In this document: piece by piece, positions 41,610 through 54,500 of the stretch | How positions within the stretch are numbered: the stretch's first letter is position 1 | How the letters are laid out: every line of letters starts with the position of its first letter | From: Octopus vulgaris | Lineage: Eukaryota | Length of the DNA stretch: 64,000 nucleotides | NCBI GenBank assembly: GCA_951406725.2 | Contig: OX597817.1 | Coordinates: 42,842,001 to 42,906,000, forward strand | Reading direction: 5' to 3' | The notes under the pieces: model-generated | Seen by the model: only the letters and a program-made list of their open reading frames with translations | The model's database searches: none | Told to the model about the DNA's origin: nothing | Program-made: the position numbers and the translations under genes

Positions 41610-42496
41610 AAATAATATTTCAATATTTAGACATACACAATTTCCAAAATATTTTATCAAAAAACATGAACTTTTAATAATTATTTGCTCCAAAAAATAT
41701 TTAAGTATGTTCTCAGTCTTTGGCGTCTTAAATTATGACTAAATAATTGTTAAAAGTAATGCATTTGTCTTTGAATAATGCAAATTAATTGTCAGAACGC
41801 CATGATAGATCGTTAGCTCCTACACGCATTTCTTTCTCTCCTTGTTTCTTTCTGTGTATCTTTCTGTCGAAGAGCGTAGGCTCGAAACGTAAAAGACTTT
41901 TTCTATTTCTATTCCTGAGCGCTATACTAATACATTTGTTTGTTTGTACTCCACCTGCCTTCGTCTTTTGTTTATTTTCGTAAACTTTCCCTTTATATAT
42001 ATATTTATGTATTTTTGTTTTATTTCATAGAAAATGGAAGTATTGTTTAGTAATATAAAAGATATAATGGAATGCAGCGCTAACCTACTTAGTTCAATTG
42101 AAGACCAAATGGAAATAGCCGAAGAAAATGAAGCACCAACAGCAGGAATACCATTTGTAGAAATGGCTGAAGTAAGGAATACATATATGATGTTTTAATT
42201 TAATTTAATTTTTTTTTTTTTTTTTGCATTTATATAACTGCATTGTAATAAAAAAAATTTTTATAAAACTATTAGAGGTATAAGGGATTAGTTTCAGGTC
42301 TCTATTAAATTGATTACTTTGGCGAGAATGATATTTTAAAAAAATTAGTTTTAATTCCTCAATATTTTGAAGCAGTTTTCTGTAAATAAACTTCCAAAAT
42401 TTAAACAAGAAAAATCCTAAAATTTGTATTTCAAATAAATACAGATAATTGAGTAAAATACTCACTGTTTGAAATTTTGTATTTTCTCCTGATATA

Positions 42497-42539
<43 letters not shown>

Positions 42540-45500
42540 GCAGACATGGCTCTGTGGTTAAAAAGTTCACTTTGCAACCAAAAGGCTTCAGTTTCAGTCT
42601 TACTACATGGCACCTTGGGCAAGTGTCCTCTCTTAGTATGTTAGACAGACCAATGCCTTGTAAAGGAATTTGGTAGAAATTGAGGAAATCTCATTGTGTA
42701 TGTGTGAGTGTATATGTCATGGTATCAACCAAACTATTTGATGTTGTTATACATCACTAGTCACGGTGCACTTTGTTGTTTTAGCTTTCAAATGACACCA
42801 TGTCACTGGTGAAGCGAACAGGCCAACACTCCACTGATCAGAAGGTTATTCATTCACAGTTACCCATTTACAGCTGAGTTGACTGAACAACATGAAATGA
42901 AGCGTTTAGCTCAAGAATGCAATGCACTGCCCAGTGTGAGAATGGAACCCATGATCTAACGATCATGAGTGCAATACTCTAACCACTAGACCTCATGCCT
43001 TCCCTCTCTCTCTCACACACACACAGTGTGGAACTGTGTCAATGACCCAGTCACAGTTTGTGTGATGAATTTTATACCAAATATTTAAATGAAGTTAATT
43101 AAGTCATTGTGTGTTTTTGAAGGGCTAATATGTGTCTGTAATTGTTTTGAATATCAAGACATGGTCTCAGATCAAATCGCATAATATATGGAAATAGTTA
43201 TGACTGATGATGTTGATTTGTTTACGTCACTGTAACTTAGCAGTTTGGCAAAAAGAGAAAGATAGAATAAGTATCAGATTTAAAAATAAGTACTAGGCTT
43301 GATCTGATTGACTAAATCCATCAAAGCAGTGCTCCAGCTTGGCTGCAATCCAGTGACTATCACATGCAGAAGACTATATGTGCATATATGTAAACTTCGT
43401 TTTATTGAAGAATGTTGTTTCCCTGGATATATGCTATCTTTGCACTATACATTATATATCCATATGCCAACTTATGTATGTGTGTGTATGTTAACACAGA
43501 CACACACGTCTGTATGTTCGTATGTATGTATGTTTGCTTACAAGTACATTTTTATTTATATTTTAGGAAGAAGAATTCTTTGTTTATGAAAAGTATATGT
43601 CAGATATGGTTTCATCTGTTGGAAAGGAGCTTCATGATACACTTTTACAGTTGACAGAAACTATAGACTATCATGTGAGTTCTTAACATTTTCTAACATC
43701 ATCATCACCATCATTGTTTAATGTCCACTTTCCATGCTGGCATGAGTTGGACAGTTTGACTGAGGGCTGGCAAGCCAGAAGGCTGCACCAAGCTCTAATC
43801 TGATCTGGCAAAGTTTCTATAGCTGGATACCCTTCCTAACGCCAACCACTCCGAGAGTGTAGTGGGTGCTTTTTACATGCCACCGGCACGAGGGCCAGTC
43901 AGACAGTACTGGCATCAACCACGCTTGAATGGTGCTTTTTATGTGCCACTGGCATGGGAACCAGCCAGGCAGCACTTCCTAACGTCAACCACTCCAAGAG
44001 TGTAGTGGGTGCTTTTTACATGCCACTGACACGAGGGCCAGTCAGGCAGCACTGGCAATGACCACGCTCGAATGGTGCCCTTTTACATGCCCCTAGCACA
44101 ACTAAATAATAAACAACTCTGTTGTCTGGAAGATAAAATATAAAAACATATTAACTATATTTTTTTTTTTACTTTGTAGACTTACACTTACAATTTCAAA
44201 GATGCTGTCAAATATGTACTTCCAAAACTGCTGCTTGGACCAATTTATCACCTGCTGCATTATTTTGATGTTATGAAGGTGAGTGAGTTTTTTTTTCTTT
44301 TCATGGTTTTTGACTTTGTAAAAAGAATTCTTGTTGTTTACAGATAGTTTACCATTTGATATTCAAGTTGTTCTCCAAAATATTCTAAAATATATCATAG
44401 CTTAAAGGTTAGAAATATCTGCTGAATTGAAAAAAACAAAAGTACATGAGTAGGTATTTCTATACTTTCTGTGAAGAAAATCTCAAGAAAAGTTCTGATA
44501 ATTAATTGGTTAATGTTAATGAATAAAATAACATTAACGTAATGACTGAATTTAATCAAGCTGAGGTATTGGAAACTGAAACAGCACCACTATTATAATG
44601 ATTCACTTTGTTGGCAGAAAGTGGCAAAATATTTTAAAGTTAGATTTATTTCATGAAGTATTTAGTGAACAACAAAACTAGAATAGACTTCAATCCTTTT
44701 GTTACCATATTTTTGTTCAAATACACTTGTTTTGTTTCAATTAATTTTAAAAAATAATGAAAAATTTAGTGAAATAACTTTGTCATTACTAATTAAGCTG
44801 GCTTTTGGAACATATAAATTCATGTGAAATTTTGAAGAGTTTCTTTTGGGTCACCTTAAAACAAGAACTTCATATCATAGAACAAAGGGTTGTTCAAGCA
44901 GGTTGCTCTCAAACAGGTTAAAAGGAACAAACTTCATTGTAAAAAAAAAAAAACCCTCATATATTAACTTATATCTCTGTCAACATATTTAGTTATACTA
45001 AAAATATTTTATTGATAATACTAGTAGTTTACATATAAAAAAAATAATAAATTTACCATATTATATTAAACACTTCTGTACTATATTATGTTAAACATTA
45101 CTATACTATATATGTAAGCTGTATTACTACCATATTAATACTCTAGAGTAAAGACTCCCTTCAGTCACGAATGACCATGGGATTGCACCTAGAAAGTTCC
45201 CCTCTGAGGTACAAGTCTGGGCAAGTTTGTTTATGGAAGACAAGCAGTTGCCCATGCATACCAGCCTCCCCTCTTCACGCCACTGATGTTAACCAAGGAA
45301 AAGGCAAAAGCTGATAGCTTGGCACCAGGGACATTGCAACTCATGTCCACAGCTGAGTGAACTGGAGCAGTGTGAAATGAAGTGTCTTGCTCAAGAACAC
45401 AACACATAGCCTGATCTGGGAATCAAACTCACTACTTTGTGATTATGAGCCCAAAACTCTAACCACTGTGCCATGTGCCTTCAGATATTAGTGTTGACTA

Positions 45501-48500
45501 CTGTGTATTTAACATAAAATAGTAGTAGATTGTGTTGATGTCTAATTCATTTATGGAGCTATATTTGTTGAAATAATAATAGGAGTGGCTGTGTGGTAAG
45601 TACCTTGCTTACCAGCCACATGATTCTGGGTTCAGTCCCACTGTGTGGTGCCTTAGGCAGGTATCTTCTGCTATAGCCTCAGGCTGACCAAAGCCTTGTG
45701 AGTGTATTTGGTTGATAGAAACTGAAAGAAGCCTGGTGTATATATATATGTGTTGGTGTGTCTGTGTTTGTCCCCCACACCATCACTTGACAACTGATGT
45801 TGGTATGTTTACATCCCGATAACTTAGCAGTCTAGCAAAAGAGACTGATAGAATAAGTATTAGGCTTACAAAGATATGGGGGGATCGATTTGTTTGATTA
45901 AAGGTGGTGCTCTAGCATGGCCGCAGTCAAATGACTGAACCAAATAAAAGAAAGGAATATATATTATTATTCAGAATATTTGCAACTATATGTGCTTTTA
46001 TCCATATTGTTTAAAAGGATTATTCATATATGTACAACTGGAGTATTTAAAAATTCAGTTTTTTGGTATATTCACTTAGCACTTTTGTTTTGTGCATTTT
46101 TGATAACATTTCAAAGCTGACTGACCATTTTCAGCTTCTATAAGCTAAACTGTTAGTCTGGTTGCAATCTCGTAGAAAAACAAAATTAGTTTTCAGAGTT
46201 AATGTATTCAAATATTAAAACGTAACTTGATTTGATAATACAGGAAAAGCATATCTAAGAGCTTTATTTAAATTTGCTTTAATATTGGTTCAATTTACTG
46301 CTTCTAGATGCTGCAAGACACAAGCCCTAATGATGAAGATAAAGAATTCTTGGGACAAGCAATTGGTTTAATGGTTAATTTAAAAACATCTGTAGAAAAG
46401 AAGTTTGGAAATAATCTTGGCAAACGACGGCCATGGTGAGTATTTTTCTATAACTCTTAATACAATGTCTACATTGTCTGTAACAGGACACTTAACTCTC
46501 AGTGGCCCAGTGTAGCTGTGAGCTACAAAATGTACTAAAGGCTGGAGTGGTTCGATTTTTATCAGAAACAGTAACAATTAAAGGAATTCATTTTTAATTG
46601 ACATGCAGTGTTAAGTTCAACCACTTCACGGGAGTTGTTAGAAGTTGATTTGATTTACTCATTAACAGCTGATTTTGATCATAAAGAGCTGGACTAATTG
46701 GCACAACAGACAGCTTATTTAAGGCATTATTTGAATACTTATTGATGGGTCTGCAAATTCAGCATGTCAGTTATGATTTATCTTTATAACTGCTTCTTTC
46801 AACAAATAATTTCTTTTGCTTAGACTATTGCAATCTGGTTCATGTTGTACAAAAGGACTGTTTGGTTTATGCTGGTTATATTTTCTATGATTTAGGATTT
46901 ATAACATCTCATCACAAAACTTATGACATTTGTTTAATGTGTTTGAGGGCTGCAGTTATGTGTCTAATTGGGAAACTCTTTTGTTGGATTCTTGAAGTTG
47001 CTAAAATACCATTTCCTAGCTTTACAACTAATTATCAATATTCTTATACATTTCCTTTTATTCAAGGAATCCATTCTTATTGACCAGGGATAGAACTGGT
47101 CGCAGCACTCATTCAAATTCTTTTAAACCAGTAGTCAATGAATTTATCTGTCTCTTTGAAGATTATGTTAATTATTTTAGTTGGATTTTTTTTAATAATT
47201 TGATTATTTATCTGAAGTGTTGGTGCCACTTAAGAAGCAAAAAAGCACCCACTACATCTTGTAAAATGGCTGGAAGGGTATCCTGCCAAAGAAACTATGC
47301 CAAAGCAGATCGTAGAATTTGGTGCAGTCTTCTGATTTGTCAGCACCTGTTAGACCAACCCATGCTAGCATGGAAAGTGGATATTAAATGATGACGGTGT
47401 TTATTAAGCAATACTGTCACTATTTTAGATGTAATCTTGTGATTAAAAAAAAGTAAAAGTATAAATAATGTTAGGTTATAAAAATTTTTTTAATCACTTT
47501 GGCAGAGGAAGAGATGCCATGGAAGAGTTACCTTTGGAGAAGAGACCTAGTTTGAATACTTGCAACAGAGCATGACTCTGTTCTCCCAAAAAAGCATTCT
47601 GTCAAGATTCATCACATTCTTCCTAATTGAAGAGTTGAATCTGTGTTGGAATATATTTAAATATTAATATTTTCAAACTTAGTGAAACTTTAACTCCTGC
47701 ATTAAATTCTTTAGCATTTAAACTGACCATATCCAGCCCAAACATTCTATCTGTCTTATGTTGAAACAGCTTGATCTTGCCTCTCTCTCCTATCCTACAG
47801 TGCCATTCTAAAAAAATGAACAATCACATCATCAAAATCTCAGAGTTATGAGATAATGCATGATTAGGTCAAAACAATGTCTCATGGATGTCTTTTGTCA
47901 TTTTCGTTATTTTTAGGGAAACCTCATTACGATTACAAGGTCAAAGTGGACGACAGGCAGCATTGGCCAAAATGAATGAACTTCAGAAAAGTATTGATGG
48001 TTGGGAAGGCAAGGACATTTGGCAAAGTTGCAATGAATTTATTATGGGTATGTATTCAAAAATACTCTTCTAAATTGCTTTCACACATGCAAGCTCCTAA
48101 TTAAAATATGTTTATTCTACTTCTTCTAATTAAGCTTTTATCAAACTGCAAGCAATCAAAATGTTACAAACAGCAAAGTTTAAAAAAAAATATCATATGT
48201 TTCTTCATCCATTTTAAGTCATTGACAACAAGATTCAAAGTTAATATCATATGTGAGAGTATTATGAATGCAACTATCATCTATAGATTTGAAAAGGCCA
48301 ACATACTAACATACTAACTTACACCTCATAAATTTAATTAACCCTTTCGTTACCAACCTGGCTGAAACCAGCTCTTGGCTCTGAGTACAAATATCTTGTT
48401 TTCATAAGTTTTGAATTAAAATCTTCCACCAAACCTTAATCACAATTTATGTTCCTAACACTAGCTTAATGATAACTAAGTTATTTTACTAAATTCTTTG

Positions 48501-51500
48501 TTATATTTAAAGTAATTGAAAGAAACACAGAGCATCTTAAAATAAATACAGTAACGAAAGGGTTAAAAAATCTGTTATCAAAGCTTACTGAACAGAACAG
48601 TGAGCCATGGTGAGAAGTTTAAATAACTAACTGAAAGTTAATGATTTATACTAAATATTTCAAAGAGAAAAGGAAAAAGGTCTCTGATATATTAAAGAAT
48701 ATATAAATATTTAAGCATGGAAGATATTGGAGTTAAGGCTAGGTTGACTAATTACAAAATTAGCATCTTCATGAAGGAAATTACCTACCAAAAGTGGAAA
48801 TAAAATCTTGTGGATAATTTAATGTTCTAGTTAATTTACCTTCATAGAGTAGTATTTAGACTAATTGTTAATTACTTAAGCTTAAAATCCTTATATCTAA
48901 GCTGTTGATAGATTCTAGAATTTTGTTGGATATTATTAATTTGTAAAATGAAGCTGAGTTTTCTTGATAAACATTTTTGATGCATTTCATTCTTCTTTTA
49001 TAGAGGGAATATTACTTAAATATACTGGCCGGCGTCCTACAGAACGGTATGTGTTCCTCTTTGATGGTTTGCTGGTATTATGTAAGCAAAATCTTCGACG
49101 GTCTTCAACAATGGGACCTGCACCAGAATACAAACTCAAAGAGAAGCATTATTTACGGAAGATAGAAGTGGTGGACAAAGAAGATACTGAAGGTAAAAAG
49201 AATGACTCTATATTGGTAGCTTTTAATTAAATTACATGGATTTATAGATATTTCTTTAATTTCATTTTGAGGTTTGTTTTCAAAATATGCTTCTACATGT
49301 TTTCATGTATGTATATTAGAGTTTGTTTTTATGTCAAGTTATAAGAAAAGAAAAACAAATGAACATTAACCTGAAGAATTACTCAATACCTTTTAGTGTA
49401 GTACCTGTTTATTATACTTTTAAAAGAAGCCAGCTGGTAGCAACCTCACAGGTTTGGCCTGCTAGTCATAAAAGCATAATGTATAAATTTTATGATTTTG
49501 CTTAAACATAGTGATACTAATAACCAGTTGTTAGAACTCATATATTTATGCTTTAGAGTAAAGCATAGGGTTTTTGCAGAGCATAATATAATTTAATGAC
49601 TGACAAAAGAACAGCAGTTACATAATCACTTTCATATATATACACACACGCATGTATATATATTCATATATTTTTAATCCGTTTATCCATGGTTGCATGG
49701 GTTGTGTGTGTGTGAACATATATATAAATATATATATATATCACCATCATATCTTTTTTCCATTTTTCAGAGTATAAGCATGCATTTGAAATTCAGATCC
49801 GAGACCATCCAAGTATAATTATGCTGTGTAAATCTATAGACGAAAAGAACACTTGGATGGCTGCATTAATTTCTCTACAAACAAGGAGGTGAGTGTGGTT
49901 TTTCTGTTTGTCACAAATTTTAAATCATTTTTCTTTATTGAATGGAATGATGTGCACATTCACCATGTTCAGCCTTGATCAATCTCTTGATTCTGCCTCT
50001 GCTTTATCTACCCTCATACAACAGCTTAAGTCCTATTTTCACCAATGAAAAGTTGTCGATTATTATAGCTCAAATCTTTCGTAGTTACTGCCCTTGTTTC
50101 CTGCATTGTGTTTTTCAACTCATTCATTTTACTTTTACACAAAGTTGGCTCATTTGTTCTTGTCTTTCTGCCATAATATGATTACCATCTCCAATGAGCT
50201 ATCATTACTTTTCACAATGTTTACTACTTGACAATTTTAATTCCTGATAACATTAAGAGCATTTTGAAGCCTGTATTCATTGACAGGTTACTTAGTACAT
50301 CAAAGTAGCCTACTAAAATAGTTAATTGTTATATTTGTTAAGCTCAAGCTATTATAAAGACATGGTGAATTTTTTCAAAAGAGTTGCAGAGGTTTTTTGA
50401 CAACTGCCTTGAGTATTTCTTATTAAACAAATCAATATTTTTAACAGACATCACTCATACACACTGTATGCTAGATTAGTGTTGTCTTTTCTTGTACAAA
50501 CATAGACTAATCTCTGTACTTTATTTTTTAAAGTTCATGTTACATATTCCCTGGTTTCTGAAATTCGCCAACCCCCACTCCTGACGTGCCTATGCACCGT
50601 TATTCTTTACGACTCTTTCAATGTTCACTTTTCTCTACTTCATAATAGTAGTTACTCTTTCATTACTCGAATTATATATATCTGCTCTCTGTCCTCTCTT
50701 TTAATCTTTTCTAAGATGCTTTTCTAGAAAAGAATAAAATAAAATAGTTTGAGTTGTTATATATAATGAGATTGATGAAATGGAGTAAGACATGCATGTT
50801 ATTTAGTTGGATGCATTAAACAGTCAGAACAACAGAGATAAAAAATGGAGAATTCAAGTCAAATGTATGAGTTGGTGGTATTGGTAACTTGTTAGAGTTT
50901 GTGTACTTTCATGCAGATGAATGCATTGTTCTAAATCTGTTAATACTATTGGTTGTTCTTGTGTTGTGCATTGGACTAGGAGCAGCAGCTAAAGTATTTT
51001 CTGGTTTTGCTTTTGTGAATAACGTTTGGTCATGCATATTTGTAGAGTGTATGATAGTTTTAACTATGTTTGTTAGTTGTTAAAATGCAGTGTTGTAAAT
51101 ATTTCTTGATGTGTAGTGTTTGTGTTTTTAGATTAAGCTGTCCTTTTTTCTGGATCTTTTAATGATATCCTTATTAGGCTATGTTGTGATTGGGCATAGC
51201 CAAGTCTTGTGTGCAATGTCATGCAAGAGTGTGGAGTTACATCATCTGTGAAGATGTGTATATGAATAATCTAGGAAAGGGAGAGTGAGAAAGGTTTACT
51301 GAGCCCTAATACACACTCAAGTTAACAGTGAAGGTTGGAGAAAGCTCTATCAACACACTTTTGAATGATCTGGTGAGAAGTTCCCAACCAGGTGGTCATG
51401 GACAGATAGATCCAGGACAGCATTTCCATCCATTGTAAGCATTTGGTTACTTTACCAAATGATTGTATGTTGAGTAAATCAAAGAGAAGGGAGTTAAACA

Positions 51501-54500
51501 AACAGTTTTAACAAATGCTTGCCTGAAACTTTATTGATAATATTATTCCTTCATGCAGGTCTTCGACAGTTTTTTAGGTGGAAGTTTTGAAAATCAAACT
51601 TTATTCTAACCTTCAGTGGAAAACAACAAGTAGTTCATTATTTTCTACCAAGTGTTTTCAGTAATCTCATCAGAAATATAACTGATACCATGCTACATTT
51701 CATAAATTTCATTTATTTTTTTTTTCTAATGTTAGCCTTGCTATATCTGTCTCTGTATAGTTTTTTCCTTCTCTAAAACAACGTATTTGTCTTTGCAAAG
51801 GATAATAAACATGTTTCTAGTAGTTTTTATTGCATTCTCTGGGTATTCACAAAATCGATCTTACTACTTATACTCCTCCTCACTGCCTTCAATATTACAA
51901 TAGTATTGATCTTCTGCTACAGATTATTAGTTTATTGTTTAAGGTTACAGATACTTTAAAACAGGCATAAGTTGCACTATTAGAAAAATTCAAGGAAATT
52001 TTTCATTAGGGGCACCATTCAAGAAGTTTTGCAGGCTGCAATTTGACCATGACTGCTCTAAAATTTGGTACACAATTTGACTTTTCTATATTTCACATTT
52101 CTATATTTCATTGCTATATTTGACATTTCTATATTTCATTGCTGCTGATATATAAAAAAAAAAATTTCCATGCTTCAGCTAAAAATCAAGGTGACGCTAT
52201 TATCAATATTTGGTTTATTTTTCAGTATGTTGGAACGAACATTAGACAATATATTGAAGGAAGAAGAGAAAGAGCATCCACTGCAGTTACCCCCACCATT
52301 AATATATAAGTGAGTATTGCTCTTTTCCTTACTTTTTTTTCTCTTTTTTTTTTACACTAACCAGATTCTGACTGCAATAAGTTTTTTTTTTAGTTCAGAT
52401 GTTTCTAGTTTTGGAATTGTTACACCATTTGAGAGTTTAAATTCTCAGTTTTATTTCATAAATAATCACTAATAAGATATTATATTTTTGTTTATCATCT
52501 TCTCAAGAGTCATTGCAGAAAAATTGACATAAAGGAATCATCATACAGAAATAGTACTTTTATTACTCTTTTTTCGAAAGGAAGATTACTTTTTTGTTAT
52601 GACATGTTTGATAGTTTTTGTTAGATCTAATTTCTCAACTCTTTATAAAATTAGCATTCAGAATCTGTTTATTTGTCAGTGCCTTCTGAGATTTTAGTGA
52701 AAAACAGTACAGTGTGCCAATAAAATTTTTTGTCTAATGTAATTTTGGTCCTTTTTACCTCAAAATAAGTTCCATTACATTTCTGGACCCTGGAATCTTC
52801 AAAATAGAGGAATTTTGTCCCTTATTATATCAAAATAGAAAAGAAACTTATTTCGGTTGTTGCATAACAGGTATTAGAACATGTGTGCAAACTGGAAGAC
52901 ACATACAGACGTGAAAACATACACACAGGGATAAAGCCTACGTATTAAACACATGATAAAGCCTTTTGTGAATGAACAATATTTTAGCTTGAGAGAGAGA
53001 GAGAGAGAGACAAACTGAAAGACAAAAAGAGAGCAGGGAATGACAACTGTTCTGCTGAAGTAATGCTAAAGGTATTTGTGTTCATTCAATATGTGTGTGT
53101 GTATATGTGTGTGCCATACATGCACATATCCATTTAATGGACACAAATACATATTTATCTTTATTTCAGAAGGACTGTAATCATTCTTTGTCCCCTTAGT
53201 ATCTCTCTCTCCCTTCTTAGCATGCTAAAATTTTGTTTATTCATTGTGTCTGTGTATTATTTTCTTATATGGATTGCTATTGAAATGCAAGTTAAAGAAG
53301 TTTTTTTAAAAAAACTGTATCTCTGTTGCAAGTAATAAAAGTAACGTAAATAGTGTATTTGAAATAAAATATTTATACAGAATTATGAGGATTCTCAAAT
53401 AATATATTGGTCATTGAGTCTCTTTTCTTGAATAATGCCTGGTATTGTATATAAAACTTCAATAAATTCAGTTACAGAGGAGAAGCAAAAAAATATTAGA
53501 TTACATATTAAAACAATAGCTGCAAGGAGAAAATGTTGGAATCCAAACTACTTGATTATTAGTTCAAATTTTACTGCAGCTATAAGATGTTGTATCTTTT
53601 GACAAGGTACATAACTGCTTGTTTCAAACCAGTTTACAAAAGGAGTCTAAACATGGTTACTTGACTTACACGAAAATGCAGCCAAATCTCTCTGAAACCA
53701 TACTTGTTTATCCTAATAAGGGAAAAGCACATTAGATAATGTAGTCTGGGTAAAGTGTGCCAAATACTAAAAAAAAAAAGAAAAAGAAAGGGATAAAAAC
53801 AGGGTGGGATAGTGTTGGCTGGATTGATAAAAGCAGTGCTAATCTGAAGCTAAAGAAAGAGGACAACAATAACAGGCTCAGCTTTTAATATGGTGAATGT
53901 GAAGCTGTGTAGCCTAGTGGTTAGTGTATTATGCTCCTGATTGAAAGATTGTGGTTTTGATTCCTAGATCAGACAGGGTGTTTGTTCTTGACCAAACCAC
54001 TTAATTTCACATTGCTTCAGCTCACTCAGCTTTCAATGAGTTCTAGCAATAGCTGGGAAGTTAACTCTGTGATGGACTGGCGCCCCATTCAGGAGGGGAG
54101 GGTGAAGTTTAACCTTAGTCAAAGACAATTGGTCCAGCATAGGTGCAGGCATGGCTGTGTGGTAAGAAGTTTGCTTTCTAATCCAATGGTTCCATGTTCA
54201 GTCCCGCTGTGTGGCACCTTGGGCAAATGTCTACTATAGCCTCAGGCTGACCAAAGCCATGCGAATGGATTTGATAGGTGGAAACTGAAAGAAGCCCATG
54301 TTTGCGTGTGTCTTTGTGTATGTGTTTACATCCTCTTAACTTAGTGCTTCAGCAAAATGGACCAATAGAATAAATACCAGGCTTTATAAAAAAAAGTTTA
54401 TAACTACTGAAATCAATTCATTCAACCAAAGTTCTTCATGACAGTGCTCCAGCATAGCCACAGCCTATTGACTGAAGCTAATGAAAGATAAAAAAAATAT

